From NCBI GenBank assembly GCA_964458655.1, contig CAYWJT010000007.1:1-60855 (forward strand): a stretch of 60,855 bases of DNA, read 5' to 3'. The notes beneath the pieces are model-generated. The model saw nothing but the letters and a program-made list of their open reading frames with translations. It was not told where the DNA came from and made no database searches. The position numbers were made by a program, and so were the translations under genes. Of this stretch, positions 11,277 through 21,602 are shown piece by piece. The stretch's first letter is position 1; every line of letters starts with the position of its first letter. The DNA is from an uncultured Eubacteriales bacterium (GTDB taxonomy: Bacteria > Acidobacteriota > Aminicenantia > Aminicenantales > Saccharicenantaceae).

Positions 11277-11916
11277 CTTTCAGCTCTTCGACGCCTTCCA
11301 GGTCCAGGATGCCCTGCACGAACTCGAGCTCCTTCTCTTCGGGGGCCGAGAAGGCGAAGTTGACGAACAGGAGCGCGCCTTCTTTCTTGAGCGTGATCTT
11401 ATCGATACGGACGCCGTGATGCATGGCCAACCGGCGGATGCTCGATAATACCGCCGGCCGGTCCTTGAGCCTAAGGTGGTACTGGAACTGGTTCCTGCGG
11501 CGGAACCCTTTTTCCACCTGGAGGAACAGGGTCAGAGTGATGACGGTCAGGGCGGCGAAGATGAAGGCCGGCAGGTAATAGCCGGCGCCGATGGCCAGGC
11601 CCAGACCGGCCACGAGCCACAGCGTGGAAGCGGTTGTCAGGCCGGCGACCGTGCCTCGCGACTGGATGATCGTGCCGGCGCCCAGGAAGCCGATGCCGGT
11701 CATCATGCCGGCGGCCATGCGGATGAGCGAGTCCGCGGTGCCGCCCTTGGCCTGGATGAGCATGACGGCGACGGCCATCATCATCGTCGAGGTGATGCAG
11801 ACGATGATGTTCGTGCGCAGGCCGGCCGGCTTCTGCATGGCCTCGCGTTCCAGCCCGATGATGCCGCCCAGGGCCACGGCCAGGACCAGCTTGAGCAAAA
11901 GTTCGAGTATCGCCAT
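11269..11916 (-). CDS. MgtC/SapB family membrane protein with C-terminal ACT-like domain
   Basis: IGLERE...PAGLRT, GIGFLGAG, GLTTASTLW; ATG at 11916 chosen over the ORF-track start. Confidence 0.85.
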   Translation of the reverse strand: MAILELLLKLVLAVALGGIIGLEREAMQKPAGLRTNIIVCITSTMMMAVAVMLIQAKGGTADSLIRMAAGMMTGIGFLGAGTIIQSRGTVAGLTTASTLWLVAGLGLAIGAGYYLPAFIFAALTVITLTLFLQVEKGFRRRNQFQYHLRLKDRPAVLSSIRRLAMHHGVRIDKITLKKEGALLFVNFAFSAPEEKELEFVQGILDLEGVEELKVD

Positions 11917-12058
11917 GTTGTTTTCCACGTGATATTTATCATCCTGTCGTGCCGATGTCAACGCCGTGAAAAAGGGCAACGGACCGGCGACGACGGTTCC
12001 TGAGGCCAATGGAGCTTTTACCATGAGTCCCCTTCCAGGGTCGCTCCTGTTCTGTTAA

Positions 12059-13426
<1,368 letters not shown>

Positions 13427-13444
13427 AAGCGGAATATTTTTCTC

Positions 13445-13501
13445 TTGACACGACACCTTTGGTTTTGTTATATGATTATGTCGATTGATTTAGTCGTCTA
13501 A
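13445..13501 (+). promoter_or_regulatory. Sigma70-like promoter with an IscR/Rrf2-type operator just downstream
   Basis: TTGACA at 13445-13450 with an AT-rich -10 region; TATGTCGATTGATTTAGTCGTCTAA (13477-13501) matches 19 of 25 positions of the IscR type-1 consensus ATASYYGACTRWWWYAGTCRRSTAT as I recall it. Confidence 0.6.
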
Positions 13502-13514
13502 TAGGCGAGGCGCC

Positions 13515-13982
13515 ATGAAGATCTCGACCAAAGGCGAATACGCGAGCCGGGCCATGCTCGAGCTCTCCCTGAGATACGGGGAGCGGCCCCTTCACATCAG
13601 GGAGATCTCCAAGGCCCAGAACATCCCCAAGCGCTTCCTGGAGCAGATCCTGCTCATGCTCAAGCGGGCCGGATACGTCAAGAGCGAGAAGGGCAAGAAG
13701 GGCGGCTACTACCTGGCCAGGCCGCCAGCCGAGATAAACGTTGCCGGCGTCATCAGGGCCATGGACGGTCCGCTCGCCCCCATCGAATGCGTCAGCGTCA
13801 TATCCCACAAGTCCTGCCCCATGGAGGAATTCTGCGGATTGCGCACCCTCTGGAAGGAAGTCCGCGACAGCGTGGCCGAGCTGCTCGAGAGGACGACTTT
13901 CGCCGACCTCGTCGAGCGTCACCGCAAGGTGCAGCGCCGGCCGGGCGGGGAGCCTCGTTCGGGCGGCAGGACGGAGGCCTGA
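13515..13982 (+). CDS. Rrf2-family transcriptional regulator (IscR/CymR-like, three Cys)
   Basis: MKISTKGEYASRAML, IPKRFLEQIL, GKKGGYYLAR, DGPLAPIECVSVISHKSCPMEEFC. Confidence 0.92.
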   Translation: MKISTKGEYASRAMLELSLRYGERPLHIREISKAQNIPKRFLEQILLMLKRAGYVKSEKGKKGGYYLARPPAEINVAGVIRAMDGPLAPIECVSVISHKSCPMEEFCGLRTLWKEVRDSVAELLERTTFADLVERHRKVQRRPGGEPRSGGRTEA

Positions 13983-13984
13983 CG

Positions 13985-15178
13985 ATGGGTCTTCACGCCC
14001 CGCGCGCTTTCGGACATTCCCGGCCGGACAGCCGCCGGCCGAGCCGGTTCGCGGCAGCGCTGATCCTGGCCTGCGCTCTGTGCCTGATGCCGTCCGGACC
14101 GGTCGCGTCGGCGCGAACAGCCGGGCCGTCGAGTCCTGTCCACTCGGAGATAGATACAGCAGCCGTTCCCGCGGCGTTTCGAAAGGCCGGTTTCAAGGCC
14201 GAAACGAAACCGGTTCCCGCCCCCGCGCCGTCCGAAACTTCAGCCCTGGTCAACCGGCGAGATCCTTTCTCTGCATCCACCTCCGCCGACGAATCCGGAG
14301 CCGTTTCCATCTCCGGCGCCTGGGCCATTTACCCCCTCGCCGTCCGTTGGCAGGAGGAGTTCCGGAAGGCCTTCCCCGGCGTCAGGATCGATGTCCAGGC
14401 CGGCGGCGCGGGCAAGGGCATGGCCGACGTCCTGGCCGGAGTCGTGGACATCGGCATGGTCTCGCGGGCCGTCAACCAGGTCGAGCTCGATAGAGGCGCC
14501 CTTCCCTTCGCCGTGGCCAAGGACGCCGTCGTCGTCACCGTCAGCCGCCGCAACCCCTTCCTGAAAGAGCTCCTCGAGCGCGGCCTGACCAGGGACGATT
14601 TCCGCCGCGTTTGGGTCACTGCCGAGGTCAGGAGTTGGGAAGAGCTCCTCGGCCGCGAGCCCAAGACACCTATCCACGTCTTCACACGCTCCGACGCCTG
14701 CGGCGCGGCCGAGACCTGGGCCGACTTCCTGGGCAAAAAGCAGGAGGACCTCCAGGGCCTGGGCGTTTTCGGCGACCCGGGACTGGTCGAGGCCGTGCGG
14801 CGCGACCCCTTGGCCATCGGCTACAACAACGTCAATTTCGCCTACGACCCGCGCACTAAAAAGCCCGTCGCCGGCGTCGAGATCTGTCCCGTCGACTTTG
14901 ACGGCGACGGCCGCCTCGAGCCCGCCGAGCGCTTCTACGCCGGCCGCGACGACCTCACCACTGCCATCGCCGCGGGACGCTATCCTTCGCCGCCCGCGCG
15001 CGCCCTTTACTTCGTGACGCGTGGCCGGCCGCGCAACCGGGCCGCCGCCCTGTTCCTGAAGTGGGCCCTGACCGAGGGCCAGGCCTTCGTCTCCGAGATG
15101 GGTTACATCGCCTTATCTAAGGAAACGATCGCAGCCGGCCTGGCCGCGGTCGAGGAGGCCCTCAAGGAGGCGAGATGA
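13985..15178 (+). CDS. pstS: Phosphate-type ABC transporter substrate-binding protein (PstS family, PBP_like_2)
   Basis: ISGAWAIYPL, GGAGKG, DIGMVSR, DAVVV, RSDACGAAET; N-terminal signal region. Confidence 0.82.
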   Translation: MGLHAPRAFGHSRPDSRRPSRFAAALILACALCLMPSGPVASARTAGPSSPVHSEIDTAAVPAAFRKAGFKAETKPVPAPAPSETSALVNRRDPFSASTSADESGAVSISGAWAIYPLAVRWQEEFRKAFPGVRIDVQAGGAGKGMADVLAGVVDIGMVSRAVNQVELDRGALPFAVAKDAVVVTVSRRNPFLKELLERGLTRDDFRRVWVTAEVRSWEELLGREPKTPIHVFTRSDACGAAETWADFLGKKQEDLQGLGVFGDPGLVEAVRRDPLAIGYNNVNFAYDPRTKKPVAGVEICPVDFDGDGRLEPAERFYAGRDDLTTAIAAGRYPSPPARALYFVTRGRPRNRAAALFLKWALTEGQAFVSEMGYIALSKETIAAGLAAVEEALKEAR

Positions 15179-16056
15179 GATATTTCCTGGACCGCTCGGC
15201 CCGCCGGCTCTTCCCGCTCCTGGCCGGCTTCCCGGGCTTCGTGGTCCTGCTCATCGCCGCTGGGCTCTTCTTCAGGTCCCGAGCCGTCGTCCTGACCCAG
15301 CCGTTCTCGAAGCTGCTGCTCTCGTCGGCCTGGCTCCCGTCCAGGGGCGAGTTCGGCTTCCTGCCGTTCATCGCCGGGACGATGTACGTGACGGTCGTCG
15401 CCGTCATCCTGGCCCTGCCGGTCTCACTGCTAGCCGCCGCCTACCTCTCGGAGTGCGCGCCGCGCCGCCTGCGCGGCCTGGCCGCCACGGTCATCGACGT
15501 TCTGGCCGGCCTGCCCTCGGTCATCTTCGGAGTCTGGGGCGTGCTCGTCGTCGTGCCCGCGGTGGGCGCTCTGGCCGGCCTGTTCGGGGCGGCCTCGAGC
15601 GGCTACTCCGTCCTGGCCGGCGCCGTCGTCCTGGCCGTCATGATCTCGCCGACCGTCATGCATATCATCTTGGAGGTTTTCTCGTCCATCCCGGCCTCGC
15701 TCCGCGAAGCATCCCTGGCCCTGGGCGCGACACGCTGGGAGACGACCAGGCGCGTCGTCCTGCGCAAGGCCGCGCCCGGCATCATCGCCGCCACCGTGCT
15801 GGGCTTCTCGCGGGCCTTCGGCGAGACCATCGCCGTCCTCATGGTCGTCGGCAACGTGGCCGTCATACCGCGCTCGCCCTTCGACCCGGGCTATCCTCTG
15901 CCGGCGCTCATCGCCAACAACTACGGCGAGATGATGTCCGTGCCCATGTACGACGCGGCCCTGATGTTCGCGGCCCTCGTCCTGCTCGTCGTCGTCATCG
16001 TCTCGAACGTCCTGGCCCGGCGCGTCCTGGTGCGCCTCGAAAGGAGGGCGGCATGA
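15175..16056 (+). CDS. pstC: Phosphate ABC transporter permease PstC
   Basis: LAGLPSVIFGVWG, LREASLALGATRWET, SRAFGETIAVLMVVGN. Confidence 0.9.
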   Translation: MRYFLDRSARRLFPLLAGFPGFVVLLIAAGLFFRSRAVVLTQPFSKLLLSSAWLPSRGEFGFLPFIAGTMYVTVVAVILALPVSLLAAAYLSECAPRRLRGLAATVIDVLAGLPSVIFGVWGVLVVVPAVGALAGLFGAASSGYSVLAGAVVLAVMISPTVMHIILEVFSSIPASLREASLALGATRWETTRRVVLRKAAPGIIAATVLGFSRAFGETIAVLMVVGNVAVIPRSPFDPGYPLPALIANNYGEMMSVPMYDAALMFAALVLLVVVIVSNVLARRVLVRLERRAA

Positions 16057-16940
16057 CCGCATCCGCGGCCGCCGCGGCCGACCGCCGCCTGGCCCGGCGC
16101 AAGCGCGCCGACAGGCTCTTCCGCGGCCTGGGCCTGGTCGCGACCGGCCTCGTTGGCGGCGTGCTGCTCCTCATCCTGGCCGTCATCGTCTGGAAGGGCC
16201 TGCCCGCACTCAACCTCGACATGCTCACCAGGACGCCGCGCGGCGGCTACTACATCGGCCGGGAGGGCGGCATCCTTAATGCCATAGTCGGCTCGGCCCT
16301 GCTCGGCTTGGGCGCCACGGCCGCGGCCTTCTTATTGAGCCTGCCGCTCGCGCTCTTCCTGAACATATACCGGTCGCGGACATCGCGCTTCGCGACTTTC
16401 ACCCGCTTCTCGCTCGACGTCCTCTGGGGCGTACCGTCCATCGTCTACGGCGCCTTCGGCTTCATCATCATGGCCGCCATGGGCCTGCGGGCGTCGCTTT
16501 TGGCCGGCATCATCACCGTGGCCCTGCTCGAGTTCCCCATCATGACCCGGGCCATGGACGAGGTGGTCAGGCTCGTGCCGCGCGAGCTTCTGGACGCCTC
16601 CTATTCGGTCGGCGCTACCCGGCTCGAGACGGCCTTCAAGGTCGCGGCCCGCCAGTGCGCCCCGGGCATCCTGACAGGCGTCCTCATCGCCTTCGGCCGC
16701 GGCGTGGGCGACGCGGCCTCGGTCCTGTTCACGGCCGGCTACACCGACCGCGTCCCGGCTTCGCTCTTTCAGCCGGCGGCCACCCTGCCGCTGGCCATCT
16801 TCTTCCAGATCGGGACGCCCTATCCCGAGGTCCAGCAGCGGGCCTACGCCTCGGCCGTCGTGCTGACCGTCCTCGTGCTCGCGATAAGCCTCATCGGGCG
16901 CTCCTTCTCCAGGCGATACAGGAAAACCGTGGTAAGGTGA
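16053..16940 (+). CDS. pstA: Phosphate ABC transporter permease PstA
   Basis: GGILNAIVGS, LWGVPSIVYGAFG, ASYSVGAT, GRGVGDAASVLFTAG. Confidence 0.9.
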   Translation: MTASAAAAADRRLARRKRADRLFRGLGLVATGLVGGVLLLILAVIVWKGLPALNLDMLTRTPRGGYYIGREGGILNAIVGSALLGLGATAAAFLLSLPLALFLNIYRSRTSRFATFTRFSLDVLWGVPSIVYGAFGFIIMAAMGLRASLLAGIITVALLEFPIMTRAMDEVVRLVPRELLDASYSVGATRLETAFKVAARQCAPGILTGVLIAFGRGVGDAASVLFTAGYTDRVPASLFQPAATLPLAIFFQIGTPYPEVQQRAYASAVVLTVLVLAISLIGRSFSRRYRKTVVR

Positions 16941-16945
16941 CGAAC

Positions 16946-17716
16946 ATGGTGCTGCGGCAGGACAAAGTCCACATCAGCGTCAGGAACCTGAACGTGAGCT
17001 ACGGCGGGCTCGCCGTGCTCCGGGACATAAACCTGGACATTCCGGCCCGCAAGACCACGGTCATCATCGGGCCCTCGGGCTGCGGCAAGACGACCCTGCT
17101 CAAGTCCATGAACCGGCTGCTCGACGGCATCGAGGGCGTCACGATCGAAGGGGAGGTGCTGGTCGACGGCGAGAACATCTACGACCCGGCGGCCGAGGTC
17201 ACCCTGGTCCGGCGCAAGATGGGCCTGCTGTCCCAGAAGCCCCAGGTCCTGCCGATGTCGATCTACGAGAATGTCGCCTACGGGCCGCGCATCCACGGCG
17301 AGCGCGACCGCCGCCGCCTGGACCGGGTCGTCGAGGACCATCTGAAGCTCGCCGGGCTGTGGGAAGAGGTCAAGGACAGGCTCCACCAGCCGGCCTCCAA
17401 CCTCTCGCTGGGCCAGCAGCAGCGGCTGTGCCTCGCCCGCGGCCTGGCCGTCGAGCCCGAGATAATCCTGGGCGACGAGCCGACCTCGGCCCTCGACCCG
17501 GCCTCGAGCCAGAACGTCGAGCGCCGCCTGGGCGAGCTGAAGAAGGACTACACCGTGGTCATCGTCACCCACGTCCTGCGCCAGGCCAGGCGCGTCGCGG
17601 ACTACATCGCCTTCCTCTACCTCGGCGAGCTCGTCGAGCACGGCCCGGCCGAAGAGGTCTTCGGCGCGCCGAAGGACCCGCGCACCCGCGCCTACCTGAC
17701 CGGCGAGATAAGCTGA
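16946..17716 (+). CDS. pstB: Phosphate ABC transporter ATP-binding protein PstB
   Basis: GPSGCGKTT Walker A, PMSIYENVAYGPRIHG, LSLGQQQRLCLAR, DEPTSALDP. Confidence 0.92.
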   Translation: MVLRQDKVHISVRNLNVSYGGLAVLRDINLDIPARKTTVIIGPSGCGKTTLLKSMNRLLDGIEGVTIEGEVLVDGENIYDPAAEVTLVRRKMGLLSQKPQVLPMSIYENVAYGPRIHGERDRRRLDRVVEDHLKLAGLWEEVKDRLHQPASNLSLGQQQRLCLARGLAVEPEIILGDEPTSALDPASSQNVERRLGELKKDYTVVIVTHVLRQARRVADYIAFLYLGELVEHGPAEEVFGAPKDPRTRAYLTGEIS

Positions 17717-18067
17717 CCCCGACGGAGCCAGAGGGCCGAAATTCCTGCTGTACTCGCAACGCAAGCGCTGCTCTAACTATATTGTAATAAATATATTACG
17801 GCGCTAGAAGGCCGGGTTTGCGACGACTGGGCGCGGCCTTTGACCGGAGGAGTTCACTTTTCATTGCGCGTTATCGCTCGGCCGGCCGGCATCCATGGGC
17901 AGGGTTTGGGGTGATGATGCCGCTCGTTTTGCGAGTTTTATGAAGGCGGATTCGCGGGCATGTCGGACCGGGAAGAGAACGGCTGCGCGGGACCGCTAAC
18001 TTCTGTTGATATAATCGGCATCCGCATGGAAAGGGCGCTCGGAAGAGTGGGCAAGGGCTGGAGAACA

Positions 18068-18097
18068 GGAAAATAGGTGAATGAGTAAACTGTCCCC
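18068..18097. repeat. Second copy of the 9973 element end (29/30 identical, inverted)
   Basis: ggaaaataggtgaatgagtaaactgtcccc; its reverse complement ggggacagtttactcattcacctattttcc compares with ggggacagtttactcattcacctaatttcc at 9973-10002; abuts the hypA stop. Confidence 0.8.
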
Positions 18098-18448
18098 TTA
18101 TTGATCGGTTTCGACCTCGAGCTTCTCGAGGATGAGCTCGTCGCCCGAGACGAGCTCGACGTCGCGCGAGCCGCACTTCGCGCAGGAATAATCGAGCTCC
18201 TCCCGGAACGACTCGCCGCCGCAGGCCCGGCAGCGGAAGACCGGCTTCGTGACGTCGATCTCCAGGACAGCGCTCTCGGCGAAAGTCCCCTTCCGGCAGG
18301 CTTCGAAAGCGGACCGCAGCAGCTCGGGCACGACGCCTGACAGGACGCCGACGCGCAGCCTGACGAGCGTCACGCGGCAGTCGCCGTAGGGCTTGACCTC
18401 TTCGGCGAGGCGCTCGAAAAGCCCCTGGACGACGGAGAGCTCATGCAC
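18098..18448 (-). CDS. hypA: Hydrogenase maturation nickel metallochaperone HypA
   Basis: MHELS start, two CxxC motifs (CRAC, CAKC), SGDELILEKLEVE. Confidence 0.95.
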   Translation of the reverse strand: MHELSVVQGLFERLAEEVKPYGDCRVTLVRLRVGVLSGVVPELLRSAFEACRKGTFAESAVLEIDVTKPVFRCRACGGESFREELDYSCAKCGSRDVELVSGDELILEKLEVETDQ

Positions 18449-19112
18449 CGGACGACCTCATCCTTTCGAGCGACTCCGCGAAAAAGGCGGCCAGCTCCTC
18501 GACGCCCGCGCCGGTCTTGGCCGAGGTGCGGAAAACCTGGAGCTTCGGGTTCATGGACAGGGCTTCCGCCTCCGCTTTGGCGGCGTCGAATTCGAGCGCG
18601 GCCGCGAGGTCCATCTTGGTCAGGATGAGGCACTGCGCCGTCAGGAAGGCCTTGGGGTATTTCTTGGGCTTGTCGTCGCCTTCGGGCGTCGAAAGCAGGA
18701 CGCAGCGCAGGCTTTCGCCCAGGTCGAAACTCGCGGGACAGACCAGGTTGCCGACGTTCTCGATGAAGAGAAAGTCGATGTCGGCCGGCACCTCGGCCAG
18801 GACCTTGCCTACCATCCGGGCGTCGAGATGGCAGGCGCCCCCGGTCGTGATCTGCCAGGCCGGCGCTCCTCGGGCGCGGATGCGCTCGGCGTCGCGCTCG
18901 GTCTCGACATCGCCCTCGATGACGGCCAGCCGGAAGCGGCCCTTGAAGACGTCGACCAGCCGCTCGAGCAGGGTGGTCTTGCCCGACCCGGGCGAGCTCA
19001 GGAAGTTGACGGCCAGGACGCGGCGTTCCCGCAGGCTGCGCCGAATCTCGGCCGCCACCTGGTTGTTGGTGCCGAGCAGGTCCTTGAGGACGAAGAGCTC
19101 TTTGCGGGTCAT
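18441..19112 (-). CDS. hypB: Hydrogenase nickel incorporation GTPase HypB (short form)
   Basis: SSPGSGKTTLLE, EGDVET, GGACHLDA, ENVGNLVCPASFDLGE, EGDDKPKKYP. Confidence 0.95.
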   Translation of the reverse strand: MTRKELFVLKDLLGTNNQVAAEIRRSLRERRVLAVNFLSSPGSGKTTLLERLVDVFKGRFRLAVIEGDVETERDAERIRARGAPAWQITTGGACHLDARMVGKVLAEVPADIDFLFIENVGNLVCPASFDLGESLRCVLLSTPEGDDKPKKYPKAFLTAQCLILTKMDLAAALEFDAAKAEAEALSMNPKLQVFRTSAKTGAGVEELAAFFAESLERMRSSGA

Positions 19113-19124
19113 CTTCCCATCCCT

Positions 19125-19574
19125 TCAGGCTTTCTCCAGCAGCTCCTTCAGGAACCGCTCCAGGAAACCAATGGCCGCTTCGAGGTCCTGTTCCGCCGCC
19201 GGCGAAAGCCCCTCGCCCTGGTCCCACTCGTGACCGCGGATGCCGAGGACGTAGGCGCGCGGGGCGCTGCCGAACACGGCGCCCGAGACCGCCAGGACCG
19301 CTTCCGGCGTCAGCGCGTGGGTCATGACCGGGATGTTCGGGTCCGGCTCGAGCGGCCTGAGGACGAACGCTTCTTCGATGTCCATGGCGGCGTCGATGAA
19401 GATCGCTATGTCGTGGCGCGCGCAGAGCGCGGCGTCCTCGAGGTTGAGCTGGTAGTTGGACTCGCAGGTCACATTGCCCAGGCCCAACCCGGCGACACGC
19501 TGCGCGGCCGCCGTGCCCAGGCCGTCGTCGCGGCGTCCCGGGTTGCCTATGCCGTAGACGAGGACGCGGGGCAC
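19125..19574 (-). CDS. hoxW: Hydrogenase maturation endopeptidase (HoxW-like)
   Basis: YGIGNPGRRDDGLG, IFIDA, THALTP, GEGLS. Confidence 0.88.
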   Translation of the reverse strand: MPRVLVYGIGNPGRRDDGLGTAAAQRVAGLGLGNVTCESNYQLNLEDAALCARHDIAIFIDAAMDIEEAFVLRPLEPDPNIPVMTHALTPEAVLAVSGAVFGSAPRAYVLGIRGHEWDQGEGLSPAAEQDLEAAIGFLERFLKELLEKA

Positions 19575-19590
19575 CTTCCCCCCGGCCGGC

Positions 19591-21039
19591 CTACCTGACC
19601 TTCCTCTGGACGACGCGGCCGTCGGCGTCGACCAGGCTGACCTCGAGCGGCATGGCGCCTAGGGCGTGCGTGGCGCAGCTCAGGCAGGGGTCGTAGGCCC
19701 TGATGGCCACTTCGACCCGGTTCAGCATGCCCTCGGTGATCTCGGGCTTCTCCGACAGCAGGTTATAGGCCACCCAGCGGACGGCCCGGTTCATGGGCTC
19801 GTTGTTGTTAGTCGTTGAAACGATGAGGTTGGCCATGGTCACCTGGTCGTCGTCATTTATCCGGTAGTGGTGGAAAAGCGTGCCGCGCGGGGCCTCGATC
19901 AGGCCGACCGCCTCCTGCTGCTTCTTCCCCTTCCTGACGAGCTCGTCGCCCTGGAGGTCGGGGTCGAGGAGCAGCTCCTTGATGACCTCGGCCGTGTGCA
20001 GGAGCTCGATGAGCCGCGCCCAGTGGGTGTGGAGACTCATGCTGTTCGGCTTGCCGTTCGTGTAGGCCCGGAAGAGCTCAAGTTCCTTCTGGGCCAGGGG
20101 CGAGGGGATGAAGTCGCAGGCGTTGAGCCGGGCCAGCGGGCCGACCCGGTACCAGCCGTCCTCCTTGCCCAGGGACTTGACGAAGGGGAACTTCATGTAG
20201 GACCAGGGTTTGGTCGTCTCGCCGATGTAGTCGAGGTAGTCGCGGTAGTCGACGTCATTGAGGACCTTCCGGCCGTCGGCGTCGACCACCCTGAGCCGCC
20301 CATGGTACAGGTCGAGCGCGCCGTCCTGCCTGACAAGGCTCATGTGGTTCGAAGGGAAGGCGGCGAAGCCGTCGACGAGTCCGCGGTTCTTGCGGTGGTA
20401 GTCCTTGAAGACCTCGAGGCCGAGCCGGGCCCACTCGATCATCAGGTCGGCCTTCATGGTCTCGGGGCCGTCGAGCAGGCGGTCGCGCTCGGCGAGGCTG
20501 AGGTTCTGGTTGACGCCGCCGGGGATGGCGCCGGTGCCGTGGATCTTCTTTCCGGCCGTGGCCTGGATGACCTCCTGGCCGTACTTGCGCAGCATGACGG
20601 CCTTGTAGACCAGGTCCCTGTCGAGGCCGGCCAGCCCGATGACGTTGCGCGAGTCTGGGTCGGCGTCCATGCCCATGAGGAAGTCCGGCGAGCTCAGGTG
20701 GAAGAAGTGCAGGGCGTGCGACTGCAGTATCTGGCCGTAGTGCATCAGGCGCCGCACCTTCTCGGCCGTCGGGGAGAGGCCCTCCGGCCCGACTCCCACC
20801 AGGATATCGGTGGCCTTGGCCGCGGCCAGGTGGTGGCTGACCGGGCAGATGCCGCACAGCCGCTGGACGAGCACCGGCAGCTCCCAGTAAGGACGGCCCT
20901 GGACGAACCGCTCGAAGCCGCGGAACTCGACGATGTGGAAGCGGGCATCCCGGACCTTGCCGGAGTCGTCCAGATGTATGGTGACCTTGCCGTGGCCCTC
21001 CACTCTGGTAACCGGTTCTATGGTGATTTTCCGTGCCAT
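19591..21039 (-). CDS. hoxH: NAD-reducing [NiFe]-hydrogenase large subunit (group 3d)
   Basis: PVTRVEGHGK, L1 motif QRLCGICPVSHH, L2 motif DPCLSCATH followed by a cleavable C-terminal extension. Confidence 0.95.
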   Translation of the reverse strand: MARKITIEPVTRVEGHGKVTIHLDDSGKVRDARFHIVEFRGFERFVQGRPYWELPVLVQRLCGICPVSHHLAAAKATDILVGVGPEGLSPTAEKVRRLMHYGQILQSHALHFFHLSSPDFLMGMDADPDSRNVIGLAGLDRDLVYKAVMLRKYGQEVIQATAGKKIHGTGAIPGGVNQNLSLAERDRLLDGPETMKADLMIEWARLGLEVFKDYHRKNRGLVDGFAAFPSNHMSLVRQDGALDLYHGRLRVVDADGRKVLNDVDYRDYLDYIGETTKPWSYMKFPFVKSLGKEDGWYRVGPLARLNACDFIPSPLAQKELELFRAYTNGKPNSMSLHTHWARLIELLHTAEVIKELLLDPDLQGDELVRKGKKQQEAVGLIEAPRGTLFHHYRINDDDQVTMANLIVSTTNNNEPMNRAVRWVAYNLLSEKPEITEGMLNRVEVAIRAYDPCLSCATHALGAMPLEVSLVDADGRVVQRKVR

Positions 21040-21052
21040 GTCAGCTTACCTC

Positions 21053-21598
21053 TCAGTCGAATTTCAGGAGCTCGTAGGTCAGGTTGAGAGGCCGTCCTTC
21101 GAGCAAGGCCGAAAGGGCTTCCCAGATGAGGTCGGCCGAGGGCGGGCAGCCCGGCAGGAAGTAGTCGATCTTGACGACCTCGTGGCAGGGGTAGACCTTG
21201 TCCAGGATGACAGGTATGTCCTCGTCGTTGGGGATGATCCGGTCCTCGGGCGCCACTGTGGGGCTGTTGAGGAAGGCCTCCTCCAGGCATTCCCTGAGCG
21301 GGATGCTGTTGCGCATAGCGGGTATGCCGCCCATGATGGCGCATTCCCCCACCGAAATGAGGATGCGGCAGTTCTTCCTGAAGTAGCGCAGGACCTCGAC
21401 GTTCTCGCTGTTGCAGCAGCCGCCCTCGATCAGGCCTATGTCCACGGGCTTGGTGAATCTCTTGATGTCGTTGATCGGGGACTTGTTGAACTCGACGAGC
21501 TCGGCCAGCTTGAGGATCCGGTCGTCGATGTCGAGGAAGGACATGTGGCAGCCGAAGCACCCGGCGAGCGAAGCTGTGGCGATGACGGGTTTGCTCAT
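21053..21598 (-). CDS. hoxY: NAD-reducing hydrogenase small subunit
   Basis: SLAGCFGCHMSFLD, IEGGC, GECAIMGG, LPGCPP; ATG at 21598. Confidence 0.93.
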   Translation of the reverse strand: MSKPVIATASLAGCFGCHMSFLDIDDRILKLAELVEFNKSPINDIKRFTKPVDIGLIEGGCCNSENVEVLRYFRKNCRILISVGECAIMGGIPAMRNSIPLRECLEEAFLNSPTVAPEDRIIPNDEDIPVILDKVYPCHEVVKIDYFLPGCPPSADLIWEALSALLEGRPLNLTYELLKFD

Positions 21599-21602
21599 GG
21601 TT

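Noticed and set aside
17770-17800. dif site in an AT-rich stretch
   Set aside because: It does not match the XerC/XerD arms (GCATAATGTATATTATGTTAAAT) well enough.
19591-21039. Selenocysteine ([NiFeSe]) hydrogenase
   Set aside because: The L2 motif uses Cys codons (DPCLSC), and there is no in-frame TGA.
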